50,486 nucleotides of DNA from Octopus sinensis (Eukaryota). Shown piece after piece: positions 36,131 to 50,486 of this stretch; within the stretch, counting starts at the first letter, position 1; every line of letters begins with the position of its first letter. A program made the position numbers and the translations under genes. The notes below the pieces were generated by a model that worked only from the letters and a program-made list of their open reading frames with translations, searched no databases and had not been told where the DNA came from. Location: contig NW_021834273.1 in NCBI RefSeq assembly GCF_006345805.1, positions 1-50,486 of the forward strand, read 5' to 3'.

Positions 36131-37843
36131 AAATTACCATTGTCTTCCTTACGGTTGGTTTGAGAGCGTTAGGTTTCTACTACACTAGCGTAGGCATGGG
36201 AAAAACTATACCAACATTTGTACACACACACATACACGCGCACATCCGCACATATACATATACATATATACGCTCATGCACTGTGTCTGCAAACATTCGC
36301 ATATACTTATATACACATTCAAATATGCATTTGCATCCTCATACGCATAAGAAAAACATATACATATATATCCAACCATGAATATACATATCAATACAAA
36401 AACATACATACACATGTATATACATATGAATACATTCCGACATATCCACATATATTTACTAAGTTACAAATCATATGTCTGTCATCGAGTGGCTTATAGA
36501 TAAGCCAGCGCAGGCAGGGAAAGCTATAGCAGCGTTTATACACTCACACACACACTCACACGCACATCCACACATATGTATAAACATTAATATACTCCCA
36601 TATACTGTGTCTGCAGACATTCGCATATACATATATACACATTCAAATATATACATGCGCACCCATATGTATAAGAAAAAATATATATATATATATATAT
36701 CCACCCATGAATACACATATACATACAAAAACATACATACACATATATATATACACATATGGACACATTTCGACGCATAAACAATACATTTTCATGTACT
36801 GTGATTGCAAATATTCGCATAAACATATATACATATTCAAATATGTACTTGCGTACTCATATGCATAGGAACAACATATACCCTTATATCCATTTATGAA
36901 CATATATATACATGCAAACACATACATACACATACATATATATATATGAACACATTTCGACATTTCTACCTATATTTACTAAATTACAAGATATATGACT
37001 GTCCATCAAAGGACGTATACATGCATACACAATAAGTAAGCAGAAATTACTATTAATTAAGATATGAGTAAATTAATTATAAATTAATAAGTGCCAACAA
37101 AAAAAAAGAAGAATGAATGAATAAATAAATAAATGAATAAAAATACAAATAAAAAAAAACATAAATAAATAAATAAGTAAATAAATAAATAAATAGAAAT
37201 ATATATGTATATATATATATATCTATGTATAGATAAATATAATAAAATACAAATTAAGATGAGTACAAAGATAAACTTAATATATAAGGCTGCCCAACAA
37301 ATACACGCAAAAAAAAAACAACCTTATATGCTTATCGACATAAACAACATATACTAATTATAGACTCACATTTGTTAAATATTGGTATAGCAAAAACCCA
37401 AACCAGTGCCATTAGATATAATGTGCCTATACACCCTACACCCATAAATACTCTGTGGAGATCAGAATATCATGCATATATCAGAATAACTACATATTTC
37501 AGTATATTTTCCACTATATTTTTCAAGCCGGAACAAAAACAATCAATATAGAACATATGTATGGAGATACAAAATTATAAATTATAAATTATATATTATA
37601 AATTATGAGGGCCAGTAGTACAGTCCTACATAGAGGAATGTAAAAGGACTATTGGTAGAAAAATTAGGTGCTTACTATTTTATGTACACTCCTTCATGTA
37701 CACTGTTTTACCCTGCATTATTATGTTTAACCTTACTTATAGTTTCTTATGTAGTGGATTAATAAAGTATGTGACTGAGTATTATCTGGTAATTGATATT
37801 TGATTTCGATGTATTTCTCCATTTTCTTATTTTGTACATACAT

Positions 37844-37844
<1 letters not shown>

Positions 37845-37940
<96 letters not shown>

Positions 37941-37955
37941 GTATATATATATATG

Positions 37956-37986
<31 letters not shown>

Positions 37987-38018
37987 GTATTATATATATA
38001 TGTATATATATATATATG

Positions 38019-38086
<68 letters not shown>

Positions 38087-38100
38087 GTATATATATATGT

Positions 38101-38149
<49 letters not shown>

Positions 38150-38168
38150 GTATATATATATGTATATA

Positions 38169-38215
<47 letters not shown>

Positions 38216-38327
38216 ATATGTATATATATATATGTATGTATATATGTATATATATATGTATGTATATATGTATATATATATATGTATGTATATATATATA
38301 TATATACATGTATATATATATATATAT

Positions 38328-38372
<45 letters not shown>

Positions 38373-38387
38373 CATATGTATATATAC

Positions 38388-38427
<40 letters not shown>

Positions 38428-38575
38428 ATATACATATGTATATACATATGTATATATACATATATATATATATATGTATATATATATATGTATATATATA
38501 TTATATATATATATGTATATATACATATATATATATATGTATATATATATATATGTATATATATATATGTATATA

Positions 38576-38619
<44 letters not shown>

Positions 38620-38691
38620 ATATGTTATATATAATATATGTATATATACATATATATGTATAATATATATGTATATATATATATATATATA

Positions 38692-38723
<32 letters not shown>

Positions 38724-38744
38724 GTAATATATATATATATATTG

Positions 38745-38823
<79 letters not shown>

Positions 38824-38947
38824 GTATATATATATATGTATATATATATATGTATATTATATATGTATATATATATATGTATATATATATAATAATGTAT
38901 ATATATATATGTATATATGTATATATATATATGTAATATATATATGT
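37845..38947. repeat. ~1.1-kb (TA)n/(TATG)n microsatellite
   Basis: Direct inspection. Confidence 0.95.
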
Positions 38948-41900
38948 AAAAATAACCACAGTCACAACCACAGTCACCTACAGTTCCCTAGACAGGAAAC
39001 CACCTCTTCTTCCTCTTTTTTAGCTCTAATGAATCTAGCAAAAGAACTGGAAAAAAACATCCGAGCTATCACCCACCACCATCCACCACCACTATTACCC
39101 CACTGCACATGCCATTAAAAAGCAATCAAATAAACAAATCACCAAAACAATTAAAACCATCCACTCTCGCCTCAACATTTCTGCTTAATGCCCAAGGCAT
39201 CAGCCCTTCCACCAATACACAAAAATGGAAGTTAAGATTCCTGGAGGACTGGGTCGAGGACCATCCAAACCACATCCCTTTCTTCGTCCTCACTGAAACT
39301 CATCTTAGTGACCTCCACTTGGAAGCCGAGGTGAAAGTTAAAAATTTCAAAACCATTCGTGCTGATCGTGCTGGCAGAAGAAAGGGTGGGACTGCCATTT
39401 ATGTCCATGATTCATTCTCAACAGAAGCCATGAACACATTTTCCAATGGATACTGCGAAGCAGTCGCTGTTTTCAGCCAAACCAACAACTTAACAGTAGT
39501 TGGGCTCTACAGACCACCCCAAACGCCCCTACCATGCTTCAAGGAATGCCTCAACAGCATACAGTGTTTCATTCAGCAGTGTCAACCTGACAACATTTTA
39601 ATGATGGGAGACTTCAACCTTCCCGGGGTTGACTGGTCTACAAACAGTCTGCCGCCAGGTTCTTCTCTCTCAACCCCTGACAGGGAGGCAGTGGAATCGC
39701 TTCTTGACTTCATGGATGATTTCTTCCTGTCCCAACTGGTACTCGAACCAACGAGATGCCACAAAAACGTCTTAGACTTAATTTTCAGCAATCACACTGA
39801 TACTATCCACAATATTGCAGTGGAGAAAACCCTACTCTCCGACCATGACATGGTTCTCTGTGATCTGAGATTTCACCGGCCAAAATGCAAAACAAATGTC
39901 ATCCCTCCTGTTCATCCATTTGACACTATGGATTTCCACAATGCAAACTGGGAAGCGATCAATAATGATCTTGCACAAGTCGATTGGTCCTTCACGCACA
40001 CATACACACCCACTAACATCAAAAAGTCCTGGCAGTCACTTGTAGACACCATCACGAACATACGTGCAAGACACACCCCATTAAGATCTGCAAACAAATC
40101 TAAGTGTCGAATCCCTAGAAATAGAAAATCTCTCATAAGGAAAATTAAAAGAATTAACAAAAAGATCAACATGCTGAAATACTGTCAACAGCAACACACC
40201 AACCTGACTGCCATCTCGTCGCCAGAGATTAAAAAACATAAACTCCAAAACAACATGATGTCTATCATCAATTGTCAGCGAAGAGCTGAAGAGGCCTGGG
40301 CCATTGAGAAGATCAAACTCAATCCCAAAGTGTTCTTTTCATTTGCAAAAAAAACACAGAGTCACTGGTTCTACTGTTGGCCCTCTGATTGATGAAAATG
40401 GTACTCTTCAAGACAATGCCAAAACCATGGGAGAGATATTGCAGAAACAATATTGCTCTGTTTTCAGCAATCCTGATATGACTGATCTGGGCTGTATCAG
40501 TGATGTTACTCCCCAATACACTTTATCGGACATAACATTTGGAGCTCCTGATGTCCTAGCAGCAATAAAGGAAATGAAGCATAATTCAGCAGTAGGTCCC
40601 GATAGGTTCCCTGCTTGTGTCTTGAAGATGTGTCAAAACCAACTTGCACCCCCTCTAGCCAATCTGTGGCGGAACTCACTGGATGCTGGATATATACCAG
40701 AAGACCTTCTATCCCAGTCTGTTGTCCCAGTTTTCAAAAAAGGAAACAAATCGCTTGCCGTGAATTACCGTCCAATCTCACTCACCTCTCATATCATCAA
40801 GGTATTTGAGAGGGTGCTGAGATCGCGTATGACTCACTTCCTTGAGAGTCATAATATGCTGAACCCCAACCAGCATGGATTCCGTAATGGGAGAGATTGC
40901 CTGACGCAGCTACTGCATCATTTTGATGACATTTTGAGAGCCTTGGGAGAAGGTTCCAACACTGATGTCATCTACCTTGATTTCAGCAAGGCCTTTGACA
41001 GGGTTGATCATAAGATCCTTCTGAGAAAGCTGTCCAATATTGGTGTCACTGGAAAGCTGCTGCAGTGGATCAAGTGCTTCCTGTCTAACAGAACCCAACA
41101 TGTTGTAGTCGAGGGAGTCAAATCCAGCCCAGCCAAAGTCAGCAGTGGTGTCCCACAAGGCACTGTGTTGGGCCACTTCTCTTCATCATCTACATAAATG
41201 ATATTACTGACACCATCAAACACAGTAACATCAGAACCTTCGCTGATGATTCCAAGCTCCAGAAGGTCATCAATGGCGTGGATGACCGAATAAACCTTCA
41301 GTCAGACCTACTGGCTGTTGTCCAATGGGCGGAAAAGAATAACATGTTGCTAAATGAAGACAAGTTCGAACTGATCCACTTTGGAAGGGAGGACGCTCTG
41401 AAACTCCCATACTCTCTTCCTTCTGGAGAAATTCTCATGGCATCCAACAACATCAGAGACTTGGGAGTAACAGTGGACAACAACATAAGCTGGGCTACAC
41501 ATATAAGCAGCAAAGTTGACATGGCCCGCAGAATGTGTTCCTGGATTCTCAGAACCTTCCAGTCGAGAGATTCCCACGCTATTATCCTTCTCTTCTCCAC
41601 TTTTGCCCGACCCCACCTTGAATACTGCTGTCCACTGTGGTCTCCCTACACAAAACAAAATATTATGAGAATTGAAGCTCCCCAAAGGTCAATCACAAAA
41701 AAGATAGATGGCATGTCAGACCTTGACTACTGGGGTAGACTAGAGAAGCTGAAATTGTATTCACGCCAACGACGCCGTGAACGCTACATTATCTGTATGA
41801 TGTGGAAAATATTCCATCAGCACTGTCCGAATGATGTTGGCATCACCTTCAAAATACATCCAAGGCTTGGACCACGTGCCATCCGTCCACAACAGAAATC

Positions 41901-42218
41901 TAAATCGCATCACATAACGACAATACGGCACAACTATTTCACCTCAATTGGACCCGCTCTCTTCAACATTACACCAGGATACGTCAAAAAAGATACTGAC
42001 CACACAAAATTCAAGAAGTCTTTGGACAAATTCCTTCAAACAGTACCGGACAAACCACCCACACCCGGATATGTCTCCGCAAACAATAACTCTCTGCTCG
42101 AATGGGCCTTGGTGCCCAAATCCTGAACTGAAAGACTTCGCCAGGTGGTGCTATTAAGTTAGACATGGCCTGGGCCAATACTGGCCAAAACCTTTCTAAG
42201 TTATTCTAAGTTAAGTTA
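38948..42218 (+). mobile_element. CR1/L2-superfamily LINE: tail of ORF1 + complete APE-RT ORF2 (39109..42126) with two 1-nt homopolymer frameshifts
   Basis: LTETH, GGTAIYV, MGDFNLP, SDHDMV, NYRPISLTS, YLDFSKAFD, GVPQGTVLG, FADD (41248-41259); 3' TAAGT-type tail. Confidence 0.93.
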
Positions 42219-42282
42219 TGTATATATATGTATGTATATATGTATATATATATGTATGTATATATGTATATATATATACATG

Positions 42283-42328
<46 letters not shown>

Positions 42329-42329
42329 C

Positions 42330-42362
<33 letters not shown>

Positions 42363-42438
42363 AATATATATATATATGTATGTATATATGTATGTAGATA
42401 TGTATGTATATATGTATATATGTATGTATATATGAATG

Positions 42439-42470
<32 letters not shown>

Positions 42471-42974
42471 CATGTATATATATATATCACACACACACTT
42501 ACGTGCTCAAACACGCGCACGCACACACATGAACACATATACACGCGCTCGTAGACACCATGCGCACGCGCGCACACACACGCACACACACGCACGCACA
42601 CACATATATTTCCATATCTGTGACTTGTGTTTGTCCCAAGTCACCGCTTCATTTTCGGTTTTAATACACTCCCATATACTGTGTCTGCAGACATTCACAT
42701 ATACATATATACACATTCAAATATATACATGCGCACCCATACGTATAAGAAAAAAAAAAAATATATATATAATCGACTTAATCCCTTTGTCTGTCTTTGT
42801 TTGTCCCCTCTATGTTTAGCCCGTTGTGGACAATAAAGAAATAAGAAGAGTGAAATGTGTTTCTTTTGACATTCACAATAACAACTAACATATTTTGCAT
42901 CTGGTTCTCCCCTGATATATTGGGAACATATATGCAAATATTTGTAGTGTCTAATTTTACATCCACTACATCGA

Positions 42975-43118
42975 ATGTGTATCATCTACCAAATCCACTC
43001 ACAAGGCTTTCATGAAACCAAGACTATAGTGAAAGACACACACCTAAGGTGACATGCAGTGAGATGGAACCCAGAACCATGTGGTTGGGAAGAAGGCTTC
43101 TTATGACACAGACTACCT
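42975..43118 (-). mobile_element. Second tRNA-derived SINE family, decayed copy
   Basis: Minus strand ttcccaaccacatggttctgggttc...gccttgtgagtggatttggtag, recalled as an abundant octopus SINE. Confidence 0.6.
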
Positions 43119-43442
43119 TCATTATTCTAGAGTTTTGTTACAAGTAATCCCTGAAATCAATGTATGTTCATACCAGAGAGAAGCTGTATCATGTTCATAT
43201 CTGTGGTAAATAATTCTGTTAAAATAGTCACTTGACTAATGGCTTCAAACAAGAGAGGAGCCATAACATTACAATATCTGTTGTAATTTATTTTCTGTAA
43301 ATGGTGTTTTAATTATACATGAATATGTTCATACCAGAGAGAAGCTATGTCACGGTTATATTTGTGGTAAATCATACTCTCGTAGACCTAACTTAACCGT
43401 ATGTCAATGCATTCCTTCAAGAGAGAAGCCATGTCAGTGTGA

Positions 43443-45175
43443 CATCATCATCGTCGTCATCGTTTAACATCCGTTATCCATATTAACATGGGTTGGACGG
43501 TTCGACCGGGGATCTGGGAAGCCAGAAGGCTGCATCAGGCCCAGTCTGCTCTGGCAGTGTTTCTACAGCTAGATATCCTTCCTAATGCCAACCACTCCAT
43601 GAGTGTAGTGGGTGCTTTTTACGTGCCACCAGCAGAGGAGGCTGGTAATGGCCACAATCGGTTGGTGCTTTTCACTTGCCACTGACACAGAATCCAGTCA
43701 AGGCGGTGCTGTCATCAGCCACATTCGGATGGTGCTTTTTTATGTGCCACTGGCATGGGTATCACGACTACAATTTCCATTTGATTTTCATTTTGATGTT
43801 GATGTACTTGACTCAGTAGGTCTTCTCAAGCACAGCAGGTTGCCCTACGATCCAAGGTACTTTTGAGTGAGCTGGGGCTGGTTCTGTACAACTGGTGTGG
43901 GATACAGCCGTGAACTCACTTTATTTGCTGGGTCTTTGCAGTCACAGCATATCTCCAGAGGTCTTGGTCTTTCGTCATTGCCTCTGAGAGGCCCAACATT
44001 CGAAGGTCATGCTTGACCACCTCATCCGATATCTTCCTGGGTCTACCTCTACCCTGGATTCCTTCAGCTGTTTGAGAGTGGCACTTCTTCACACAGCTCT
44101 CCTCATCCATCTGTTGTACATGACCATACCAGCGCACGCGTCTCTTTTGCACGCCACATCCAATGCTTCTTATGTCCAGCATTTCTCTCAGGGCACTTAC
44201 ACTCTGTTGTGTGTGCACACTGACATTACACATCCAGCGGATCATGCTAGTTTCATTTCTTTTGAGCCTACGCATGTTCTCAGCAGTCATGGCCCATGTT
44301 TCACTGCCGTGAAGCATGGCAGTTCGCACACATGCATTGTACAATCTACCTTTCACTCAGAGTGAGAGGACCTTTGTCACCAGTAGGGATAGAAGCTTTC
44401 TGAACTTTGCCCAGGCTATTCTTATTCTAGTGGTGACACTCTCTGAGCACCCACCTCCACTACTAACTTGGCCACCTAGGTAGCGGAAGCTATCAACTAC
44501 TACTAGTTTCTTCCCCTGGAGTGTAATGGAATCTGTTTTCTGAGTATCAATGGTGTCTATTGCCCCTGTGCATCTGCTGCACATGAAAGCTATCTTCTTG
44601 GTTAATTTTCCTTTGATGTTGCTGCACTTCTTATGTGTCCATAGCTTACACTGGGTACATTTTATGGAGTTTCTACCTACATCTTTTCTACAGATCGAGC
44701 AGGGCCTAAAGGGGTGTGTGATGAGTTCGCCTTCCTACTTACTAGAACTTTGGTCTTTGCTACATTGACCCTAACACCTTTTGATTCTAAACCTTGCTTC
44801 CACACCTGAAATTTCTTCTCTAGTTACGGTAGTAATTCTGCTATGAGGGCCAGGTCATTAGCATAGAGGAGCTCCCAAGGGCAACCTGTCTTGAATTCCT
44901 CTGCTATTACTTGGAGGACTATGATGAATAAAAGGGGACTGAGGGCTAATCCTTAGTGGACCCCTACTTCTACCCGGAATTCTTCACTATACTCATTGCC
45001 AATTCTAACCTTACTAATGACCTCTCTGTATAGGGCCTGTACAGCCCTTATTAACCATTAGTCAATCCCCAGTTTCTGCATCGCCCACCTGATAAGGGAT
45101 TGCGGGACCCTGTGAAAGGCTTTCTCCAAGTCCAAAATAGCTATGTATAGGGGTTTATCTTTGGCTACATTAGTG
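43443..45175 (-). mobile_element. RTE LINE 3' fragment
   Basis: [20 protein letters not shown]...RWYGHV, plus the shared tail. Confidence 0.9.
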
Positions 45176-45577
45176 TTGCAGATTTCAACTATATATATAT
45201 ATATAGTTGAACAGTGCCAGAGACCAGGACCCACAGCTTAGCTGATATAAATCCAACAATCACAAAATTTACCAAAATTACGCCAGCAGACGCCGACCAA
45301 GAATCATTACTGTTGCTCCCATTGGAACACAAGGTAAAATCTATAATGAACTCCTCGACTTTTCAAGAACATGGATTTTTTATATTTGACTCTATTGAAT
45401 GTGTGTCACAATTATGAACTGTTCCATCATACTCTTTAAACATATAGCATGAACTCTCTTTATTATCTAAAAAAATTTTTGATAAGTTTCGTTATTTCAA
45501 GAACTGAAACATGTAAAATTAAAATTTATCTAATATAGCGGCATTTTCAAACTTCATTTTTTACAAATTCATTTTTT

Positions 45578-45582
<5 letters not shown>

Positions 45583-45665
<83 letters not shown>

Positions 45666-45666
45666 G

Positions 45667-45730
<64 letters not shown>

Positions 45731-45751
45731 GTATGTATATATATATATATA

Positions 45752-45790
<39 letters not shown>

Positions 45791-45797
45791 ATATATA

Positions 45798-45841
<44 letters not shown>

Positions 45842-45863
45842 GTATGTATATATATATATATAT

Positions 45864-45898
<35 letters not shown>

Positions 45899-45938
45899 GT
45901 ATGTATATATATATGTATATTATATATATATATATAGA

Positions 45939-45971
<33 letters not shown>

Positions 45972-46115
45972 GGATGTATATATATGGATATATATATATG
46001 TATATATATGGATGTATATATATGGATGATATATATATGGATATATATGGATGTATATATATGGATGTATATATATGGATATATATATATGTATATATAT
46101 TATGTATATATATGG

Positions 46116-46150
<35 letters not shown>

Positions 46151-46208
46151 AATGTGTGTATATATATATATATATATTATATATATATATATATATATAC
46201 ATGTATAT
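45583..46208. repeat. (TA)n microsatellite
   Basis: Direct inspection. Confidence 0.95.
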
Positions 46209-46417
46209 AAATTAGAGAAGGACCACCATGTAGCAATTCAACAATGATATACTTAAATCATACCATAGAGAAAAAAATTAAAGATACGATAAAACATTTA
46301 CCTAGAACTAAATAAAGTACGAAATAATTAATAAATAAATAGTATATAATTAGTGAGGATGTGTTTCAGTTTTCATTTGTGAATGTATGTTTATGCACAT
46401 GTAATATATTATATATA

Positions 46418-47373
46418 TGTAGTGGATTTGGCAAGCATGAAGTGGATCTGATCCACCACAGCCAAATTTAAATTAACAATGCAACAGAAGATAGAGATAT
46501 AAGCACAGTTATATGTGCAGCCTACTTATTGTCTCTACTTATTCCGCGCCACTGGCCAAAGCCAACCAATCACGGCCTTTGGTTAAGGTCCCCTTTTCCT
46601 AGGATCTGTTGAGCCACCTTACTTGTATATAAAGGAGTGTTCTCAGTATACTTGGGTCTTTGGTTCTAGTCCTTCTAAGGACTAACCTCTGACCACAGAG
46701 CTACTCAACATGTTCCAGTCACAGCGACAGACGATCACCCACGACGACGCTAATGTGCATCCGCTACAGAACGCCTTCTATCTCCGCCGCCGTCGTCACC
46801 AGCTTTGTACCAACTTCATGTCGTCTCAACCATCGTCCACTTCAGACATATACACTCCAACTTCACAGATCCACGCTGTTAGAGTGAATCCCTTCACCAA
46901 GTAGAAACAGTCCATCTGAAGAATTCTATATTAAGAGAACCAGCTCGGCGATTGAGACCACGACCTCGGCTCGACAATAATTCGCCCAACCGGTCTCCGC
47001 CCGAGACACATCTTGATATTGAACTCTTACATATCGTGTACCTTATGAACTGTAAACCAATTTCCATCATTAACTCTATGCTCTGTACTTTCTGTGTCAC
47101 ACGCATTCACCCTTATTGTATCTGTCACACACACACGAACACACAGACACAAACACTTGTTGAATGCACACATACACAACACTTGCTACCACTCACAACC
47201 TTCTAACCTTAACACCATTGTAAATAAAATCTTATCTTCTCTCAAACAGTGGAACGGCTCGTCGTCTTTCATCTATATTCTGTTGGCACTGCATTGTATA
47301 AATTGTATTTATGGCTTATCTTATTTCGTTAGGGATGCGACCGTGTGACTTACCTACGTCGCCAACCTCCACA
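46418..47373 (+). mobile_element. Putative solo LTR
   Basis: TG...CA with loose terminal inverted repeat, CCAAT (~46566), TATATAAA (~46626), AATAAA (~47223); no clean TSD. Confidence 0.45.
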
Positions 47374-47747
47374 TACGGTCGTATTTCCTACACATGTATG
47401 TATATAAGTATATATGTATGTGTATGTATTTATATATATATGTATGTACGTGTGTGTGCATGCATGCATGTATATATATATGCATGCATATATGTATGTA
47501 TACGTATGCATGTATGCAAATATATATGTATCTCTGCATCTATGTATGTTTGTAAGTATATATGTACGTATGCATGTCTGTATGTACGCATATATGTATG
47601 TATGTGTGTATGTTTGTATGTATACATGTAATTATGTATGTATGCATGCCTGTATGTATACCTGCACGTAGCACGTATGTACGTATGTATTTATATGTGC
47701 ATTTCTCTGTGTCTATGAATATATATATATACATACATACATATATA

Positions 47748-47808
<61 letters not shown>

Positions 47809-47886
47809 TGAAAGTGAGAGAAAAAGAGAGAAATACGTATGTACATATATATATGTGTGTGTGTGTATATATATAACTATCTATAT

Positions 47887-47954
<68 letters not shown>

Positions 47955-48649
47955 AGGGGAGGGAGAGAGAAGAAGTTAATGATAATGCGTGTTGTGGTTG
48001 TGTACACATGGTGTTCCGAATTTAAGGCAACCAAAGTTTCGGACTTTGATAACAATCAATAGATGCGATAAGATATGAAAACCATACATCATTATAAAAG
48101 TTTATTGTGTCTTGTGTTTGCTTCAGACTAAATAAATTCACATTTATAGATTAGATAATGGTTATGGACCGAAATACAACCATAATACTCCACAAGGAGG
48201 CGAAAGTAATACAACTATAACCTGTCTATCGCATAAAACTCAATTTTCCCCACATTCCTCACCATGGCAACCAAACGGTAGCCCCGAGCGACTTGCAACC
48301 CCCCTCATACCATTGCCCACCGCATTTTACTGCCCAGTATAAATTTTGGGGCCAATCTGACTCCATCTACGCCCCTTAAACAGCTCCCATCCCAAAATGA
48401 GACAAATAACCAAGAAATCAAACAACTTTTTCGCATTTCAGCTTCATAGATATTGATAATGGATATAGACATAAATACAATCATAACAGTCTACAAGGAG
48501 GCGAAGGTGTAACACAACTATAGCAAAAGATTTTTTAGAAGTAACTGAACAACAGTCTAGAAAATTGTCAAAAAATTTTAAGAGATTGATTCCACGGCTG
48601 GGCGCCCTGGACGTGGCCAAAAAAGAAATGTGCGGACCCTTCAGCTTAT

Positions 48650-49580
48650 CAAATGTATCAAAGAGAAGACACGGTGAAATCTTCGTCGTTCCCTCAGAAA
48701 ACTGGATGCTACAGTAAAAATAAGCTGAACATCGGTGTATCCAAGCGCTGAAGGAGTGTCTCAGGACCCAACGATAAAAGATGATCCGTTGTCATGAGCT
48801 CACACAAGTTTACAAAGCCATGGAACTGGAGAGGAATCGTCTTAGCATGCGTGAAATTGTTGATGAAAAGGAATTTGACACCGAATAGACAGTAAACTAG
48901 CAGAATGGCCAGCCTTGGTGTGTATCTAGCTCCGTCGAGGGTGGATCGATAAATTGACGTCAATATGTGATGTTTGCGTACTACTTCCAACATAAAACCG
49001 AGCGACCATATCCATAACAGTGAGGTACTATCAAAATGCAGCATATCAGGTACTAGAGCCATCCTCATCACCATACAGCTGAGATGGTCAGGTCATCTCT
49101 CACGTATTCCAAAGCAACTTCTCTTAGGCCAATTCCTATAAGGAAGGTCAGTTGGAAGGTCACTCCTACGCTTCAAAGGCAAACTAAAAAAACAATCTGA
49201 AGCGATGCAACATGCCCATTTCTCCCTGGGAAACCAAAGGACCGGATCACAGAAGCTAGTACTAGACCTTCTTCTCGTCAGGTTTGAGAATAATCGGCTC
49301 CAACAACGGTAACAACTTCGTGCAAGCATAAAAGTACGCTGGCAAAACACTGCTCCACTAAATAGAAACCTCGCGTGTCATTGTGGTTTTGGGACACGAA
49401 GCAAAGCAGGCTTTATTGTCCGCTGAAGAAAACACATGGTAAATGATCCAGAAGCACTGAAACAAAGTGAGCACTCAACTGGTTTGATTTGCCAAAAGAT
49501 TTTCAAGGCAACAGGGGGCATCAAGAGACACATTCGCACCGAAAGAACATGGTTAACGCTTTATTTTACTGAACCTCCAT
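48650..49580 (+). mobile_element. Decayed RTE LINE 3' fragment
   Basis: CLR...NSEVL...QLRWSGH...PKQLL...LRFK and a terminal [14 protein letters not shown] zinc-finger remnant. Confidence 0.75.
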
Positions 49581-49611
49581 TTGTCGTTCACGACAAGATT
49601 TCATCTTGTGT

Positions 49612-49930
<319 letters not shown>

Positions 49931-50254
49931 AAAGACCCCCTTCGTCATGAATGACCATGGGATTGCACCTAGAGAGTTACCCTCCTAGACACAAGTCCGG
50001 GCAAGGTTGTTTATGGAAGACCAGCAGTCGCCCATGCATACCAGCCTCCCCTCTCCACGCCACCAGTGTTATCCAAGGGAAAGACAAAGGTCGATACAGC
50101 TTGGCACCAGTAACGTCGCAACTCATTTCTACAGCTGAGTGAACTGGAGCAACGTGAAATAAAGTGCTCAAGAACACAACACGCAGCCCGGTCCGGGATT
50201 CGAGCTCACAACCTCACGATCGTAAGCTCGACGCTCTAACCACTGAGCCATGCG
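49931..50254 (-). mobile_element. tRNA-derived SINE, young copy
   Basis: Near-identical to 5531-5860 (two substitutions and two short indels seen). Confidence 0.9.
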
Positions 50255-50295
50255 CACACACACACATATATATATATATGCATATATGTATGTAT

Positions 50296-50351
<56 letters not shown>

Positions 50352-50486
50352 TATATACATGTATATATATCACACAGACACACACACTTACGTGCGCAAG
50401 CACGCGCACGCACACACATGCACACATACACACGCGCTCGAAGACACCAGGCGTGCGCGCACGCACGTACACACACGCACGCACGT

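Overview
AT-rich, microsatellite-laden animal genomic DNA. The SINE and LINE families look like those of Octopus (inference). The first ~29 kb carry the 3' part of one spliced + strand gene. I reconstructed 12 coding exons with GT-AG introns and consistent phases, totalling 1432 nt and 476 aa after the first partial codon; the start lies upstream of the window. The protein runs Mind-bomb-like ankyrin repeats -> RING lacking its last Cys -> four tandem-duplicated CPKC/CPKS micro-exons -> death domain. Introns and downstream DNA hold: a very young Gypsy LTR element (identical LTRs, 5-bp TSD, in-frame loss of the integrase core); a near-intact CR1-type LINE ORF2; many RTE LINE fragments; tRNA-derived SINEs; two foldback elements, one with a telomere-like core just after the stop codon; a MITE; a probable solo LTR; and two copies of a ~1-kb non-coding repeat, each containing a minimal type-I hammerhead ribozyme motif. 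Most ORFs in the supplied track are (YI)n microsatellite artefacts. All alignments were done by eye.
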